Assembly: GCA_012295275.1 (NCBI GenBank)
Contig: CM022665.1
Coordinates: 26,474,001-26,538,000, forward strand
Length of the DNA stretch: 64,000 nt
DNA from: Chrysomallon squamiferum
Lineage: Eukaryota; Animalia; Mollusca
Reading direction: 5' to 3'
Part shown: positions 13,839-28,900 of the stretch, piece after piece
Numbering within the stretch: position 1 is the first letter of the stretch
Layout of the letters: every line of letters begins with the position of its first letter
Translations under genes and position numbers: made by a program
Notes under the pieces: model-generated
What the model saw: only the letters and a program-made list of their open reading frames with translations
Told to the model about the DNA's origin: nothing
Database searches by the model: none

Positions 13839-14997
13839 GTATATATATATACATGTACATATATTCATTTAGATAGGTTGTAGGTTTTATTGACACATAA
13901 TAAAATATATAATGGATTACATGTCTACAAAGGAAGGGCAGCACAGGCTTGGGTTCTCAGTGAACAGACTTCCAAGATATTCTTTTGAGATATTATGTAG
14001 CTTTATTTAAAACTTTATAGAGATCTTTACAGATCATACAGCTTTGGGCTCTGCAACATGAAAACTTGCCCTGAGTATCAATAAAAACATGCATAAAGAG
14101 TTTATATGTTCATGTGTTTACAATGTGTATGGCATCTGTTCATAAAATAATATTACAGAGGTGAACAGGAAGATTATATATATATATATATATAAATCAC
14201 TTATTTTTAGAGCTCAGTTTTCAAAGTAAATTAATACCTGATTCATATTAACTGTATAAAACATTTGTTCTTTAATAATTTTCTATCAAAAGGCAAATTT
14301 TGTAATAAAATAGAATTTTATATATATATATATACATATGCACTATCACAGATATCATGGCCAAGTGAAAGACAACAAATGTTACAAATTTACTTTTGAC
14401 TATTTATAATAAATAGCTTTAGAGCTACCGAAGTCATTACTATCCAGATGTCACTGGGTATTTCTTGTTTTCAAGTGTCCCATTTAAATTAAGCTACTGA
14501 ATATTATTTTATTTACTATTAACCAAAACAATATTTTGAGTTTCACAACACGTTAATTAACTGGACAGGACACACATTTTTACTATCAGTTTTAATGTTT
14601 TATTAATTTTAGAGGTAGATGTAGAGTATGCATATTTATTAGTAAGAGTGTTTTGTTATGTAAAGAATAATAAGAAGATGATGAAATAAGAAATAATAAT
14701 AATAATAGAAGAAATAAAATATAATGAATCTTTAAAACATATAAAAACATACATTTATAAAAGATGAATTTATTTGTATTGTAAAGGAGAAAAAAGAAGT
14801 AAAAACTTAAAACTTAGTACCCTAAACCATTAGTACAAAATAAGACAAGAAATTCAGATTGCAGATTGATAGGTCTGTTTACAGGAAGACTATAAGTAAA
14901 AAGTATTTAGATATCTACATATCTAACTAAAGCAATACAATTTATGTAATAATTTTTATAAATTTTGATTTTAGTTAATGCTGCTATCACTAAACAA

Positions 14998-15028
<31 letters not shown>

Positions 15029-15649
15029 CGTGCGCGCATGCATGCACACACACTTATTTATTACTGTTGTTATTAATACAGATAACTCATTCACAGAAAA
15101 ATACAGACATTCACACTATATGGGGAATTAAAAAGAAGTTAAAATTACTAAGAAAAAAATGTAACAGATAATTAGGTGCACAATATTTAATATTGTTAGA
15201 AAATTGAGTATATCAGAGAGAAGAACAGAACTCTTCATTATATGTAAGTAAGACAAATACAAATAATAATAAATGATGAGCATGTCAAAAGTAAAAACAC
15301 TTTACAAGTTAGTAAGATACCTGAAATATAAATAAAAATAAAATGTGAAATTATGCATCAGTGGTAAAAATTGTATTTAAATCTTTAAAAATGAATACCA
15401 AGTATTTATTAACAATTTAATTTATAATAATGCTGGATGGATATTAAAGTATTCTGTGTAAAAAAAAAAAAAAAGTAAAAAAATAAACGTAAAAAGATCT
15501 CCCACACTACATAAACTAACTGATGAATTTATTTTCCATTTTCTTATAAAAATTAACTGAATAAACACAGTAAGTTAAAGAATTTAAATCAATGATATAT
15601 TTCCACTGAAAATTCATGATAATTTTGTTCGCTTTTATTAAATATGTAA

Positions 15650-15739
15650 TCTATACATCCTTTCTTTATATATAATACATACATCTTTCTTTAGATTTAA
15701 TTCATACATCTTTTTGTTATATATAATTTATGTATTTTT

Positions 15740-15777
<38 letters not shown>

Positions 15778-15830
15778 TTTATACATGTTTCTTTGTCCAT
15801 ATAAATTACATATACTTCTTATGTAGTTTA
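15650..15830. repeat. ~26-bp degenerate minisatellite
   Basis: A unit like atacatctttctttatatataatt is repeated about 5 times. Confidence 0.55.
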
Positions 15831-16344
15831 TCTTTTTCTTGATGATCATAAATAAATTTTATCTTTTTAATAATTTATTCAGTAAAATAAAAATGAAAAA
15901 TGCATAATCAGCTTTAATATATATATATATATCAAATTATATTTCTTTACTAACATAACATACATTAATAGTAATGAAAATATTCTGAACATGATAAAAT
16001 ACATCTTATGTGGAATGGTCAAATAAACAAACCACATTTTATATTCTACAAGTTACATTATTTATCAATCTTTCATCTTTGCTCTCATTTCCAAAAAATT
16101 TAAAATGGCCACCTCCATGGGTTGTTTTATGTTTTCACATATTAATATTATAAATACTGGTGAAAGGAAAACAGCTTTAAAACAAACATTTGAAAATAAC
16201 AAAAGAGAAAAATGAAACACTATTTTCTCCAGGTAGATTTTAGAAGTAAGAAGAAACGCATGGCAAATTAAATGTTAAAATTATTAGTAACGATTTACTG
16301 TGAATATAACTATGTTAATGAGATTTTCTATGTTATAACGGAAA

Positions 16345-16694
16345 TCAAAACTCTTCGATGACTGTGAATTTATCTGCTTCTTCAGAACAAAGCAGTTTTT
16401 CTCTCGTCTGTTTATCTACACATGTAGTTGCTCGTCTCAGTGGAGACATAGGTTTCTTCCCAGCTTCACAACCTGCAGCAGTTGACTTAGGGCGAACAGC
16501 TGAAAACAGGGGAAAACATTATTAACAGAAGTTAAAAGTACTGATAGTAGACTTAGAACAGTTAGCAGCAACTAAATAAATAAATAAATAAATAAATAAT
16601 AGTAACAGTGATTAAAGAAATAAAAACAGTTATAATAATGAATATTACATTAAAATCATAACTTACAGATTTTTAAGAAATAAGTACATATATA

Positions 16695-16728
<34 letters not shown>

Positions 16729-18189
16729 TTGGACTAAGAATGAATAGTAGCAAATAATTTTTTTTTTTAGTAAATATGTACTGTATTTTATATTAAAACC
16801 ACCCAGAAGTTGATTTAAATAAATAAATAAATAAATAAATAAAATATTATATTAAAATTTCATTTATTATAGTAGGTAATTAAGCTAAATTTCAGAGCCA
16901 AAACTGTGCAAAAGCTAACATAGAAATACTAAATAGTACATTTACATGATCAATATGCATTTAGGATAAGAATTACAATGTAAAAGTATTATGTAAAAGT
17001 ATTACTTTCATAATATTTCAATTACACATATTTTTGTTTTTGTTTTTTCTCTTTTTTCTGTCAGTATATTATGCTTGTTATTTAACATTAGAATTCAATT
17101 TAAGAAAAAAGTCAAGTTTAATAATAGTAATAATAATAATAATTTTAGGAAGACAGTTGTATACTACAGATTTTTTATTTTTTATGTTTTTTTTACAATA
17201 ATTTCTAATAACTATTCAATTCAAAATTGGAATGAGTAAACATGCCAAATACTATAACTACAATTAAAATAACAAAACAATTTCTAGTCACAAACTGAAG
17301 TTTAAATGGCAGGCATAAACAATAAATATGTAAAACAAATTATATATAAATAACCATAATATAATGATATTTAATAATTAAATAATTTTGTTAATTTCCA
17401 ATTACTTATTAATGTTGGTCAGTTGTGTTTAATTTTGTTCAAACAGTCAATAATAAGTATCAAAAATAGCAGTCTTTACTGGGAATAATAACAGAATAAG
17501 GGATGATTTGTATTATCTCAGTGTTAACAGTCTCATTGGGAAAATTATTCTTCACACATGTAAACATGTCAGAACAATTAAATACAAACAGAAAGTAAGA
17601 CAACACACACACATATTCAGATATCAAACAGTTTGTAACCTGTTCCCATTATAAGTTATTTTTTAAAACAATTGTTGTAAAAAAAAATTAATATATCTGT
17701 TTATCTCTGCATTTGATAGCCTCTCCACTGCTTATAAATTTCTGAATTTGAATAAATAAATGAATGCTAATAACATTTCATCATTCAAATACATCAACAT
17801 GATACTAATCTATAAGTGTATTGCAGCTTATGGTCAGTTTACATGGATTGAAAATAAAAGAGGTAAATTTAAATTTTTTCTAATTCACTTATTTTATTCT
17901 AGAGAATCAAAAAGAACTAGTATCACAATGGTGACATGTTTACTTTTAATATATCACACAATATATAACAATCATATTAAGATTAGTATAAATTTATGGG
18001 ATCAATGAATTTTTAAATTTTTTAAATTAAAAATGTGAGTTTGTAAGTAATAAAAGGATGGGGAACAAGCAACCCGCCCCCCCAAATATATTAAATTCAC
18101 TGATTCTAGAACAAAGTTATAAAAATAAATAAAGTATTGCAGGTGCAAATTATAATTAAATTTAACTTCATGTTTTAGAAAAACGTAAA

Positions 18190-18230
<41 letters not shown>

Positions 18231-19440
18231 TTAAAAATAAGTAAGTATAGCAAACAGTTCATGCATGCACCAATATACATAACCTGACTACTTCTGAATT
18301 CAAACACAAACATCATTCTTGTAATTCTAAAGATATTATTAAGCAAAAAGATTATAAAGGCTTTCTACTTTTAAACATACATAATTATCTTGTTTATTAT
18401 TTTTTTAAATTTGTTAGTTTCTTAAATCAGTTAAGTTATGTTGTTCCCCCCCAGACACTACAATATCCCAACAATTATTTTTTTTACTGATTTAATAAAT
18501 CTGATATAATGAAATAAATCAGAAAATACAAAATTGTAATTTATGATAAAATTAAATATAAAATTGTAATGAATGACCAAATACATGTTTTAATATTTTT
18601 AGGGCTAATTTAAATAAAATTATCATTTTCTAACCCCAACATGCCTCATCTTACCAGAAACATAAACTAACAAATGTTCTAAAACATGCACAAAACTATT
18701 TCATAAATCTTCAAATATACACACCCCAGTGATATAAATAAATAAACTGAGACAGGAAAAGAATAGAAAGTAAAAAAATAAAAACAAATTCAAATTTTAA
18801 AAAAGTAAGAATAATTTGAAAGTAGGCATGGAAATGCTTTGTTCACTGACTGCACTCATATGCCAAAACAATGCAGTTGTTTAATTTTGTTTTAACTGAG
18901 ACAAAAACAACAACATGGCTGTGAGGTTAAGGCTAAAATTTGGACACTATATACCAGTCATGCTTATTGGCTCATGCATAGGAGTGTACTATACCTGTAT
19001 GAGATGAGAAGCCTGAGAAAAGTGAAACACCTGGGTCAATATTATGTTAATAATTAATAAAGTTCATACTCTACCATGCCATAAGTCACAGCAGCAGAGA
19101 ACAATATTTTGTATCTTTTTTTCAAATGGAAGGGCTTATAAACTGGCAAAACTAAAATAAAGCCAATAATGTTGCTTATGGTATGGTAAAGCACTGAACA
19201 ATTTTATGATGATAATGAAAACTACAGCTGAGAATTTGTTAAATATTTGTTAAACAAGTTGTTTGTTGTTTTTATTATAAATATTAGTAAATTATTCGTT
19301 TTGGTTGATGAAATTCAGGTTATCAATTTCTGAATATGTATTTCCATATTTGATTCAGATTAAACAAATAATTCAAAATTTGGCCAATCAAATCTTTAAA
19401 TGTGTAATAATATTGTTGTTTCCAATTTTTTTTTTTTTTA

Positions 19441-19471
<31 letters not shown>

Positions 19472-19952
19472 TTTAAATACTAATACAAAATCAAAAAATC
19501 ATTATTACTGTAAACTTTTATTTTACATTTTACTTTTAATAATTTGAAATCAGTACACTTAAGAGTTAACACATTCTCAACTACAGTGATCATTATCAAA
19601 TAAAGAACAAAAGGAACATTATAATAAAATATAAAATATATGTGTAACATTTTCATGCAGTAATCTGTAGATGATGGTATGCATACCTCTAGGGTTGATG
19701 AAAAACAAGCTGAAAAACTAGTTTGAAAAACATTAAACACTTTATTTACTGGGTCCATCCACTCTAACTGGTTTATCAAATTAAAACAGATAGTTATTTC
19801 AGGCGGTAACTTGTTTTTGGACATTTTTATATAAATGCTGACATTATATTTATGACCCTTGTTTCAGTTTTTTCCCTTCTATTAGGGTGTACACACACAC
19901 TTATACATGTACCATATAGGAAAAATTCAGAATAATATCATACCAATTCTAA

Positions 19953-19997
<45 letters not shown>

Positions 19998-22900
19998 TAA
20001 TAATAATAATAAAATTATTTAAACATGTGAGTTTCATTATGTAATATGATTAATATTTTCAAAACAGACATGATAAATTAAACACTTTCTATTTAAGAAA
20101 TGTATATGAACAAGAGAAATTAATAATAATAATAAAAATATAAAAAATATAAAAATGTTTTATTAATTTCCATTCAGAATTACTGGTGCCATAGGATAAC
20201 ATGGTCATAAATAAATGACTTATTTATCTGTTAAGTACCCCATGTTTCTGAACATGCAAATTTAAGATGTCAGTACTTGTAATTTTGTTAACGAAATGTA
20301 TAGCAAGTTGAAAATAAGTATGAAACATATCTAAACTAATGGACAAAAACATGAAATAATTTAAAGTGAATGTAAATAAATATAGGTTGTCCATTCAAAT
20401 ACTGATCTATGTAGATAATAAAATCAAATAGAGATATATGAAACAAGATCAGTAGGAAAACATAAAAAAGTAATGATCAAAACATAAATAGTAAATGAAA
20501 TAAATTACATTTAATAATAAAAATAAATAAACAAACAAACAAACAAACAAACAAACAAAGAAATAAATAAGCAAGCAAGCAAGAAAGTAATTAACTAACT
20601 AAATAATTCAGGAAATACAAAAATAAACAAACAATACTAAAATGTGTAATAAACTAATGAACTTGTGTATTACAGTTTTACAGTTACTACAAAAATTCTG
20701 GTAAAATGTAAAAAATAAACATTAAAATTGCTTTCAAATAAATCACACCACAGAAAATACATATACTGAAAAAAGAACTTACTCAAATTCATCTGCAAAC
20801 AGCAGGAAAAAAGGTAATAAGATATTTTTAGTAATATAAACAGCTCATTTTATTCACTCACTTGCAAATTACATATGAATTGTATTATGACTATCATTAC
20901 AGTATTTGTTAAAATTAAACAAAATATATGTAAAACCTATGACTGACACCTTGTAACTATTAACATTAAACCAAAACTGTTTTTTATGGTAAAACAATAA
21001 TTTGATTTCACAACATTAGAATTATGCAGAAAACTGAAAACAAACTTATAACTGGAAGAAGAAAGAGGAAAAACAAGAATATATGTATGTATGTATGTAT
21101 GTATGTATAAAATGTATTGCTAAAAATGTTTACAACTGCTATCACAACTATACAAATTAAAAAGTTATAACTTCAGATAAAATGAAAATTAGAACTAAAC
21201 AGGGAAAAAGAAGTCATAACTGAAACAACATCAAGAACATTTAAAAATGAGCTTGTCATACTAAACATTAAACATTTATAATTAATCAGTTATTATTTTC
21301 AATGAAATATTATAAATAATACTAATAACAACAACAACAACAATCATAATAAAATTTAAACAATTAAAAAGTTGGAGAAAAAGGAAAAAAAAAGAAAGAA
21401 AAAAAGTAGAATCATGATGTGAATATTATATACTGACAGCCATAGAAGGTGAAAATATGAAGCAAATTCTATTCAGATACTTTATTATGAAAACAATACT
21501 TTCTGGAAAGACATGGAAAAGTGCAAAATGTTGGTAACATCCTTTAATTTTAACCATCGCTTATTGTGCTTGGCATATCAAATAGTATGTATGATAATAT
21601 GGTACAAAACGTGAGTACTGAGTTTGGCCTCCGTGGGTGGCACAGTAGCATATCATGGAGCAGATAACCCTGATGATAAAGTCTTGGGGTATCGGTTCAT
21701 ATAAGTGAACCAAATTTTTCTCCAACTGCTGAAGAGTTTTCCATCCAGAGTAATTATCCCATTGTATCCTATACATGTTTTACAGAAGCAAAGTCAGGTC
21801 GTGGAAGAACAGCAATGTGTTGTTGGTGCCAGGCCATGGTGAGTTTAGCCATGTGAGGCTTGGTGTTATCATGTTGTAAAGTCTATAAATAAATGATGGT
21901 TAGCTGCCATATGGGGCAGCGTGTTGTTTCCAAGGACCTCATCTTTATAAGTTTTGACTTTGTAAAGTCCTCAGAAGATCAAGATGTGAAGGTGCATCTT
22001 TCACCATGTCTCTGCCCTCTGACATAGCTGAGATTAAATCTGGACTCATTCACAAAAAAGATTGTGTCATATTTTAAAGAATTCTGCTTTCAAATAATAA
22101 GATGCTTCAACAAACGCACAAAGTATGATTTTAAGTGACCTTCCATCCAATTGCATTCATTCTGCATTTCACACCACTTTGCCACAAAAACAAGATCTGG
22201 CTGTCAGTATGTATGAAATGTCTTGCTAGAATACAACAAATATGTCTCTGCATTGATACTTGTATTAAAACAAACCGTAATTACCATATTATAAGAAGAA
22301 AAAAATAAAAGGCGGAACAGTAAATAAGAAACAAATATTTTGACAAAATAGTTTGTATCTGTGATGACACCTCTATTAGAACAGAGCAGAAATATTTCAG
22401 GAACATTTTTTAAAAAGATGTTACAACATTAAAGATAATGAGAAAAGAAAAAGAAAAAGATTAAATTTTAAAACTATTTTTGTGACAAACAGTACCATAG
22501 TAAACAAAAGCAGTTTGTACCCAAAATAAAAAAAAATATTATGTAACAGATTTATGTTCAAACAGACGCTGTATCCAGTGTGTTGATTTAATATTAAAAC
22601 TACATGTTGAAGATCCCTTATCTGAAATGCTTGGGACAGAGAATGATTCTCTGATTCTAGGATAGAAGGAGACAAGTAAAATCTAAACACAAAACTCACT
22701 ATATTTCATATATAGCTTGTACAGATAGCATACAGGTATACTATATATTTTAAATGCATTTGTGCATGACATAAAGTCTACATATATCAGAAAATAATAA
22801 TGTTTCAGCTCTCAGCTGCTTAAAAAGGATTTTGGATTTCAGAACTTCTGAGATAAAGGATCCACAACCTATAAACACTAAAGCTTATTCCAAAGGTATT

Positions 22901-25900
22901 TTAGAAGAATCAGATTACAACATCAACACCAAAAACATTAATGATAGTTTATGATATAAATGTTATGCCAATAAGGACAGTCCTATGCAAAAATCATTCA
23001 GATCAATTCCTCTCTTAATTTACTTTCCACATTTATTTAAATATTTTATTTATTGTCGTATTAATTTTATTTTCTTGCTACAAGAAAAGTTATTACTAGC
23101 CCTCTAAAGCTACTGCAAAAGCTACAAAAAAATAAAAAAATAAAAAAATAATTAAATTTATATTCACAAGTAAACTTTATTTTAATGAGCTTTTATTTAA
23201 ATGTTGTATTATTAGTGCAGTGCATTATATATAAATCAGTTTTTTTGCATTATTCACTTTTTCTTTCAAACTGCTGTCTTAGAACTGTTCAAAGGAATGC
23301 ATATATCAAATTTTTTTTTTTTTTTTACTTAGTCTGAACAAATCAGGTAAATATCAACAATGTCCTAGATTGATAAACTAATAGTAACACAAAAGACATA
23401 TGATTTGTGAAATTATTTCCCTTGAACTACAAATTTTTACCAACTTGTATAATAATAAATTGTAAATTTAAAACTTGAAAAACAGTATATTAAAAATTTG
23501 AAAACTGTACAGTAATAAATTATAAATTTGAAACTTGTATATCAATGAGTTATAAATTTAAACCTATATTATCTACAACAGAACTTAAATCAAACGTGAA
23601 ATACACATTCATATAAATTTAAAGATAATTTGTGTTGATGTTGTTTTTACTGTTAATAGAAGATTTTTGAAAAGTATTATTATTTTTTTTTTTTACAAAC
23701 AGAATTCAGAGAAGCATATCAAAATAGATGAATACAAAGAAACTGCAAACTGCAATGTTACCATAAATAATTTTAGAATCTGCAAGTATTGAGGAGCATG
23801 CCATCTGGTTCCTCACCAACACACTGATTCCTTGATACATTGTCTGTGAGTGAGATATCTACAGCAAACAAAAATGTCACATCAATCTTCCTATTTCCAT
23901 GCATGCCAATCACTAGAGAATTTGGGAGAAACATAATACAAGAAACACAAAAAAAAAAAAAAAAACTGTGATGTTACTATGTATTAAAAAATAACAAAAA
24001 CTTAAGTGTAGTAATTAACTGATGTGTGTGTGTGTGTGTGCGCGTTTGTAAAGAAGTATATGCTTATATATGTGAAAATAACTGTTACTGTGGTAAAAAA
24101 AATCACCATAAATATTGTTTTAAAATGTATGTTGTGTATGTAAACTAATGCCCAAAAATAAATATAATTTTTCATACTTCATCTGGAAAATATTATTCTT
24201 GGAAATCTGAAGAAATAAAATTCAAAAACAGAAAAGCCAAGCTACACAGTTTTCACAGATCAGAAAAGGTTAAAAAAAAAATAAAAAGGAAAAAAAGAAA
24301 TCAAAGAAAAGAATATAATATCATCCATACTTATACATAATATCAGAGTTTATAGAAACATAAAAAATAATCAGTATATTTTTAAATAAGATTATACACT
24401 TACTGCTTGATCTCTTTCTGCTAATGTATTTCATAGTCTTAGCTCGGCGAGCATGTGTCTTACGGGCAAACACAGTATTTCTCATGATAATGGGCTTCTC
24501 TGATGCTTGCCTAGATTCTTCTGCCAAATTTTCAAAAAAGTCTGAAAAAAAAAAAAAGGAAAAAAAAAACAAGAATAATTTCAAAATGTAACACATTTCA
24601 TTAAAAAAAAAAAAAAAAAATAAATGTATAGCTCTGTATCAGTAGTTAATATATTAAGTTTTTTTTTTTAAAGGCATATGTGTTTAACATAATAAGACAA
24701 CTGAAGTGTTTATGTTGAAGTTTGGTGCATGTACACATATTTTATTAATACTACATATACATAATAAATTGCAAAATACATAACTCCAGAAACAGAATAG
24801 AAAATAAAGTTACAGTCATAGCTTTAGTCACAGCTCACTTTGAAAATACTGTACACAAATTTAGTTAATTCACCTTTGAGTTTTCTGACATTAACGACCA
24901 TCTCCTCTTTTGCTTCTTCGTCAAATTTGTTTCTTTTGTTCTTGACGGCTTTCTCCAGTCGACGTAGGGATCCTTCTGCCTCCTGAAGTCTCTTTTCAGC
25001 TGCTAGCCTTGCTTTCACCTCCTCCTGGAGATCAGTTTTAATTTTAATAATAAAACTTGTTAGTATGTATCACCAACCACAAGAACCTTACTACAGACAA
25101 TCTTTTGAATAATTCAGGTAATTTATTATTTGTATGCAAGCTGTGAATGTCAGAGGGGTAATAATTAATTTGATATCACTGACTCTATATACTTGATGTT
25201 TAGCTGTAGTGTTTCACAAACAATGATGAACACATTGCAAATAAAAAGCATTTTAAGGTTCCTTCATTTTGTATTCCACATTTATAAGAGACATTAATTT
25301 GTGTGTATATACAAATATATGTATGCATGAATGCATAATTATCATGTTTTTATAAAATAAAATGATCACATTTGACTGTTGCTTCATTTTTGTAACTTTC
25401 TTAAGACTAAAATATACATACTATTATGCAGATTTGTAATAATGAAATACTTTCTTTTAACTGGACTCTAAATCTTAATTGTTTAATTAATTATAACATG
25501 TTGTCAGAAAATGTAAAAGAGAAAAATAGAATTCAAACAAGAGAATCAAATGACATATCACCCACACTTATAATTATATGAGATTTTATACAAATATCAA
25601 AAATAATTTACCTTTAATTCTTGTTCTGTCATTTCTTTCTGAGTTGCAAGATCCTAAAAACAAAAAGAAGAAAAATTTAAATACAACAAAATATTTTTCT
25701 GTAATATTCTTATAACAGTTAACATGAAATTCAGATCTATCTGTTACTAATAACAACTTGACATACAAAATATATCAGTTATTATGTTTCAAACAAAAGA
25801 GGCATATGGTAATCATACATCGTTTAAATGTTTTTCTTTATTCAATTATGTTTTCTGAAGTTAAACAGGTCAGTATAGCTGCTTGTATCATTGGCTGGGT

Positions 25901-28900
25901 TTTCCTGTGAATTGTCACAATTAGTTACCTGCTTTATGTTTAAATGATTTTTGAGAAACAATTTCTGAAAAAAATAATCATTTACTAATAACTGAATGCC
26001 ATTTTTATTCAAATGTTTATTATTTCATAAAACCAGAGAGTTTTGACTGAATTAAGCATTTTACTAATCAAACCATTAGTTTAAGAAGATAATAAAATAA
26101 CTAATTAAATGAAAAACCTGAATAGTCGTTTTCAGTTCATTGGCAGTGTCAGTGAAATTCAGTTTTTCCTCTTCCAGCTGAACTGTTCTTTCTTCATTTT
26201 CTTTCAGTCTGTATTTAATAAATAAATAAATAAATAAATTAGTATGTGAATCAAAAAAGTTAGTAAATAACTTAATAAGTACTGACAGAAAAAATGAACA
26301 ATGTTATCTTTATCTAAATGTAATGGATGGAACTATATTGATTTACAAACTATGTTACTTTCAAGATTAATTATAAAGAATTAATTATTAACATTAAAAC
26401 ATTTAAGGATAAAGATAATCTCTACATACATAATTAAAAAGCAGGTATGTATCACCTGTTATAAAAATGAGTAGTAATTACATTTTATTTAAAAACCAAC
26501 AAAAAGAAACAAAGAATTGTCTCCTCTTAGATCACGAAATGGATGATTTAGGGAAATGTAGGCTGTCCTTGGAATTCAAAATTAATATCAGAAGCAGTGT
26601 TTTTTTTCTTTTTTTCTTTCTTTCTTTTTTTTTTTTTTTTTTTTTTGGTTTGAATTGATTACCAAATGTATTTTCAGCAACTATATAAAGGTATAAAATT
26701 TATACCCATTAAAGACAATGTGCAAACTGCAAAATCAGTAAGGAAAGAAAAACATTCTAGTATTAAATTTCTAATAACATTCTATAAAAACAACTTCATC
26801 TCACTTGAGCTCTGCATCAGATTTGGCTTCCAGGAGTGACTGTGTTTTACTTTCTATTTCCTGTAATTTGCTTTCCAGCTCCTGTTTTTCTTTAGACAGA
26901 GTTGAAGTGGTTTTTTCAGTAACCTTCAGTTCTTGTAATATTGCTTGTCTGTCATTGGCAAGAGACTGGTGTAAAAAAATTTAAAAAATAAAATAAGAAA
27001 TAAAAAATAAAACACACACACATACATATATAAATAGAATAATATAATAAAATAAGATATATTATTAAAAAAAACATACTAAGTTAGCATATTTATATAT
27101 CCAACCAATTGAAAAAAATAAAAAGAATAAATAAATTAAAATAAAGAGAATATATGGCCATTATTAATTAATTTAAATAATGAATCTGTGATTAAAAAAT
27201 ATGTATTGTAACACCTCAGCATATTTTATTATTAATGATTATTAGGAATAAAGTCATTTTATTTTCAGACAAGAAAATCTGTTACCATTCAACTGGATAT
27301 TCTTACTGATTAATCCCACAGTATTTTTAATATACACTTTGACACAGATAGTAAAACATATATCATAGCTATTGGTATGACAGTCACTGGACTATAACAG
27401 AAATTGGAAATAATCAAATGGATGCTGATGATGATGGATTCTGGAAACCATCACTTTGCTGACTAATGCTCTTCCACATCACAAGAGTCCAATCCAAACA
27501 AAACTTTAAAATCTGATTTAAGAACCTCTGAAGAGAAAGTATGTGTACTAACTTCCAAAGCCTGCTGTTGCTCATTGAGTGTGTCTGCTAAACGAATTCT
27601 GTCCTCGTGCAGGGCTGTCATTATATCTGTGGTGTCTTCCAGCTCTCTGTGTAAAATATACACAGGTTCAACACAGTTCTTAGACAATACACATACACTG
27701 ATTTGTAAAGTACTGATTATCAGTATTAGCATTTTAAATATAATTTTTTAAAACCTATTCCACAATATGTTACTTTATAATATTAAACTGAAAAAAAGAA
27801 GAAAAAAAAAGAAGGTAACTTGTATGAACAAACAACAAAAAAAAGTATGTTGCTCCTATCTGCTAATTGTTTTAGTACTTTAAAATTAAGTTCATTATTA
27901 TTATTATAATTGCAACGGTAATTGAATTCCTTCTCTTTTTTTCAAAATATAAACTTACTCTTTTATCTTTTCATATTCTTCCTGCAACTCCTGGGTGAAA
28001 ACCTCCATCTTCTCTTTCTCTTTTTCCAGTTCCTGGTTCAATCTTTCCAGCTCCTGATACATATTTTCAATTAAACTGTTATATAGTATAAACATAAAGC
28101 CTAATTACATTTTGTTTTCGTTATTTGTTAAATTTTCTTTAGCAACCTTTGTTAACAATAAAGTCAGACAATGAAATAAGGTGGAAAAAACATCCTGACA
28201 ACAACCACAATTAAAAGTGAAAGAGGCATATGGTAACCATAGATTGTTCAAATGGTTTTCTTTATTCAATTAAGTATTCTTGAGTTAAACAGGTGTAAAA
28301 TAAATTAATAATATAACCCATAACAAAGTAAAAATAATATGAATTATTATCAACTACAAACCTCAGTTCTCATTTTTTCTTCAGATAAAGCAAACACTTC
28401 TGACTGAAGCTGATCTAAAAAGAAAATGTATACACAGAAATAAATTAACATCTGCTATCAAACTGATGCTACTACTAGTGAAGAAATATATTACAAATAT
28501 AATGTATATATACTGTCACTACAACAGCACAAATTTTTGGATAAAGCAGTTGTATAACAAAATTAATAAAAAATTTGTTAACAGCACAACACTACTGTAA
28601 TTTCTTACCAATGTAATACTGTTTTTCTCAGATAAAATTAAAAGAATTTTCATCTAAAGTACAATAACAATGTAATTTCTTACCAACATAATCCTCTGGG
28701 AAAACTAAAATGAATTTTTATCTGAAGCACATTAATATAATATAATTTTGCACAAAGTAACTCTGTTTTTCTCTGGATAAATTGAGAGAAATTTCAGTGA
28801 AAGTACTGTCATTTCTTACCAAAGTAATCCTGTTTTTCTCTGGACAAACTGAGAGAAATTTCATTAAAAGTACTGTCATTTCTTACCAAAGTAATCCTGT

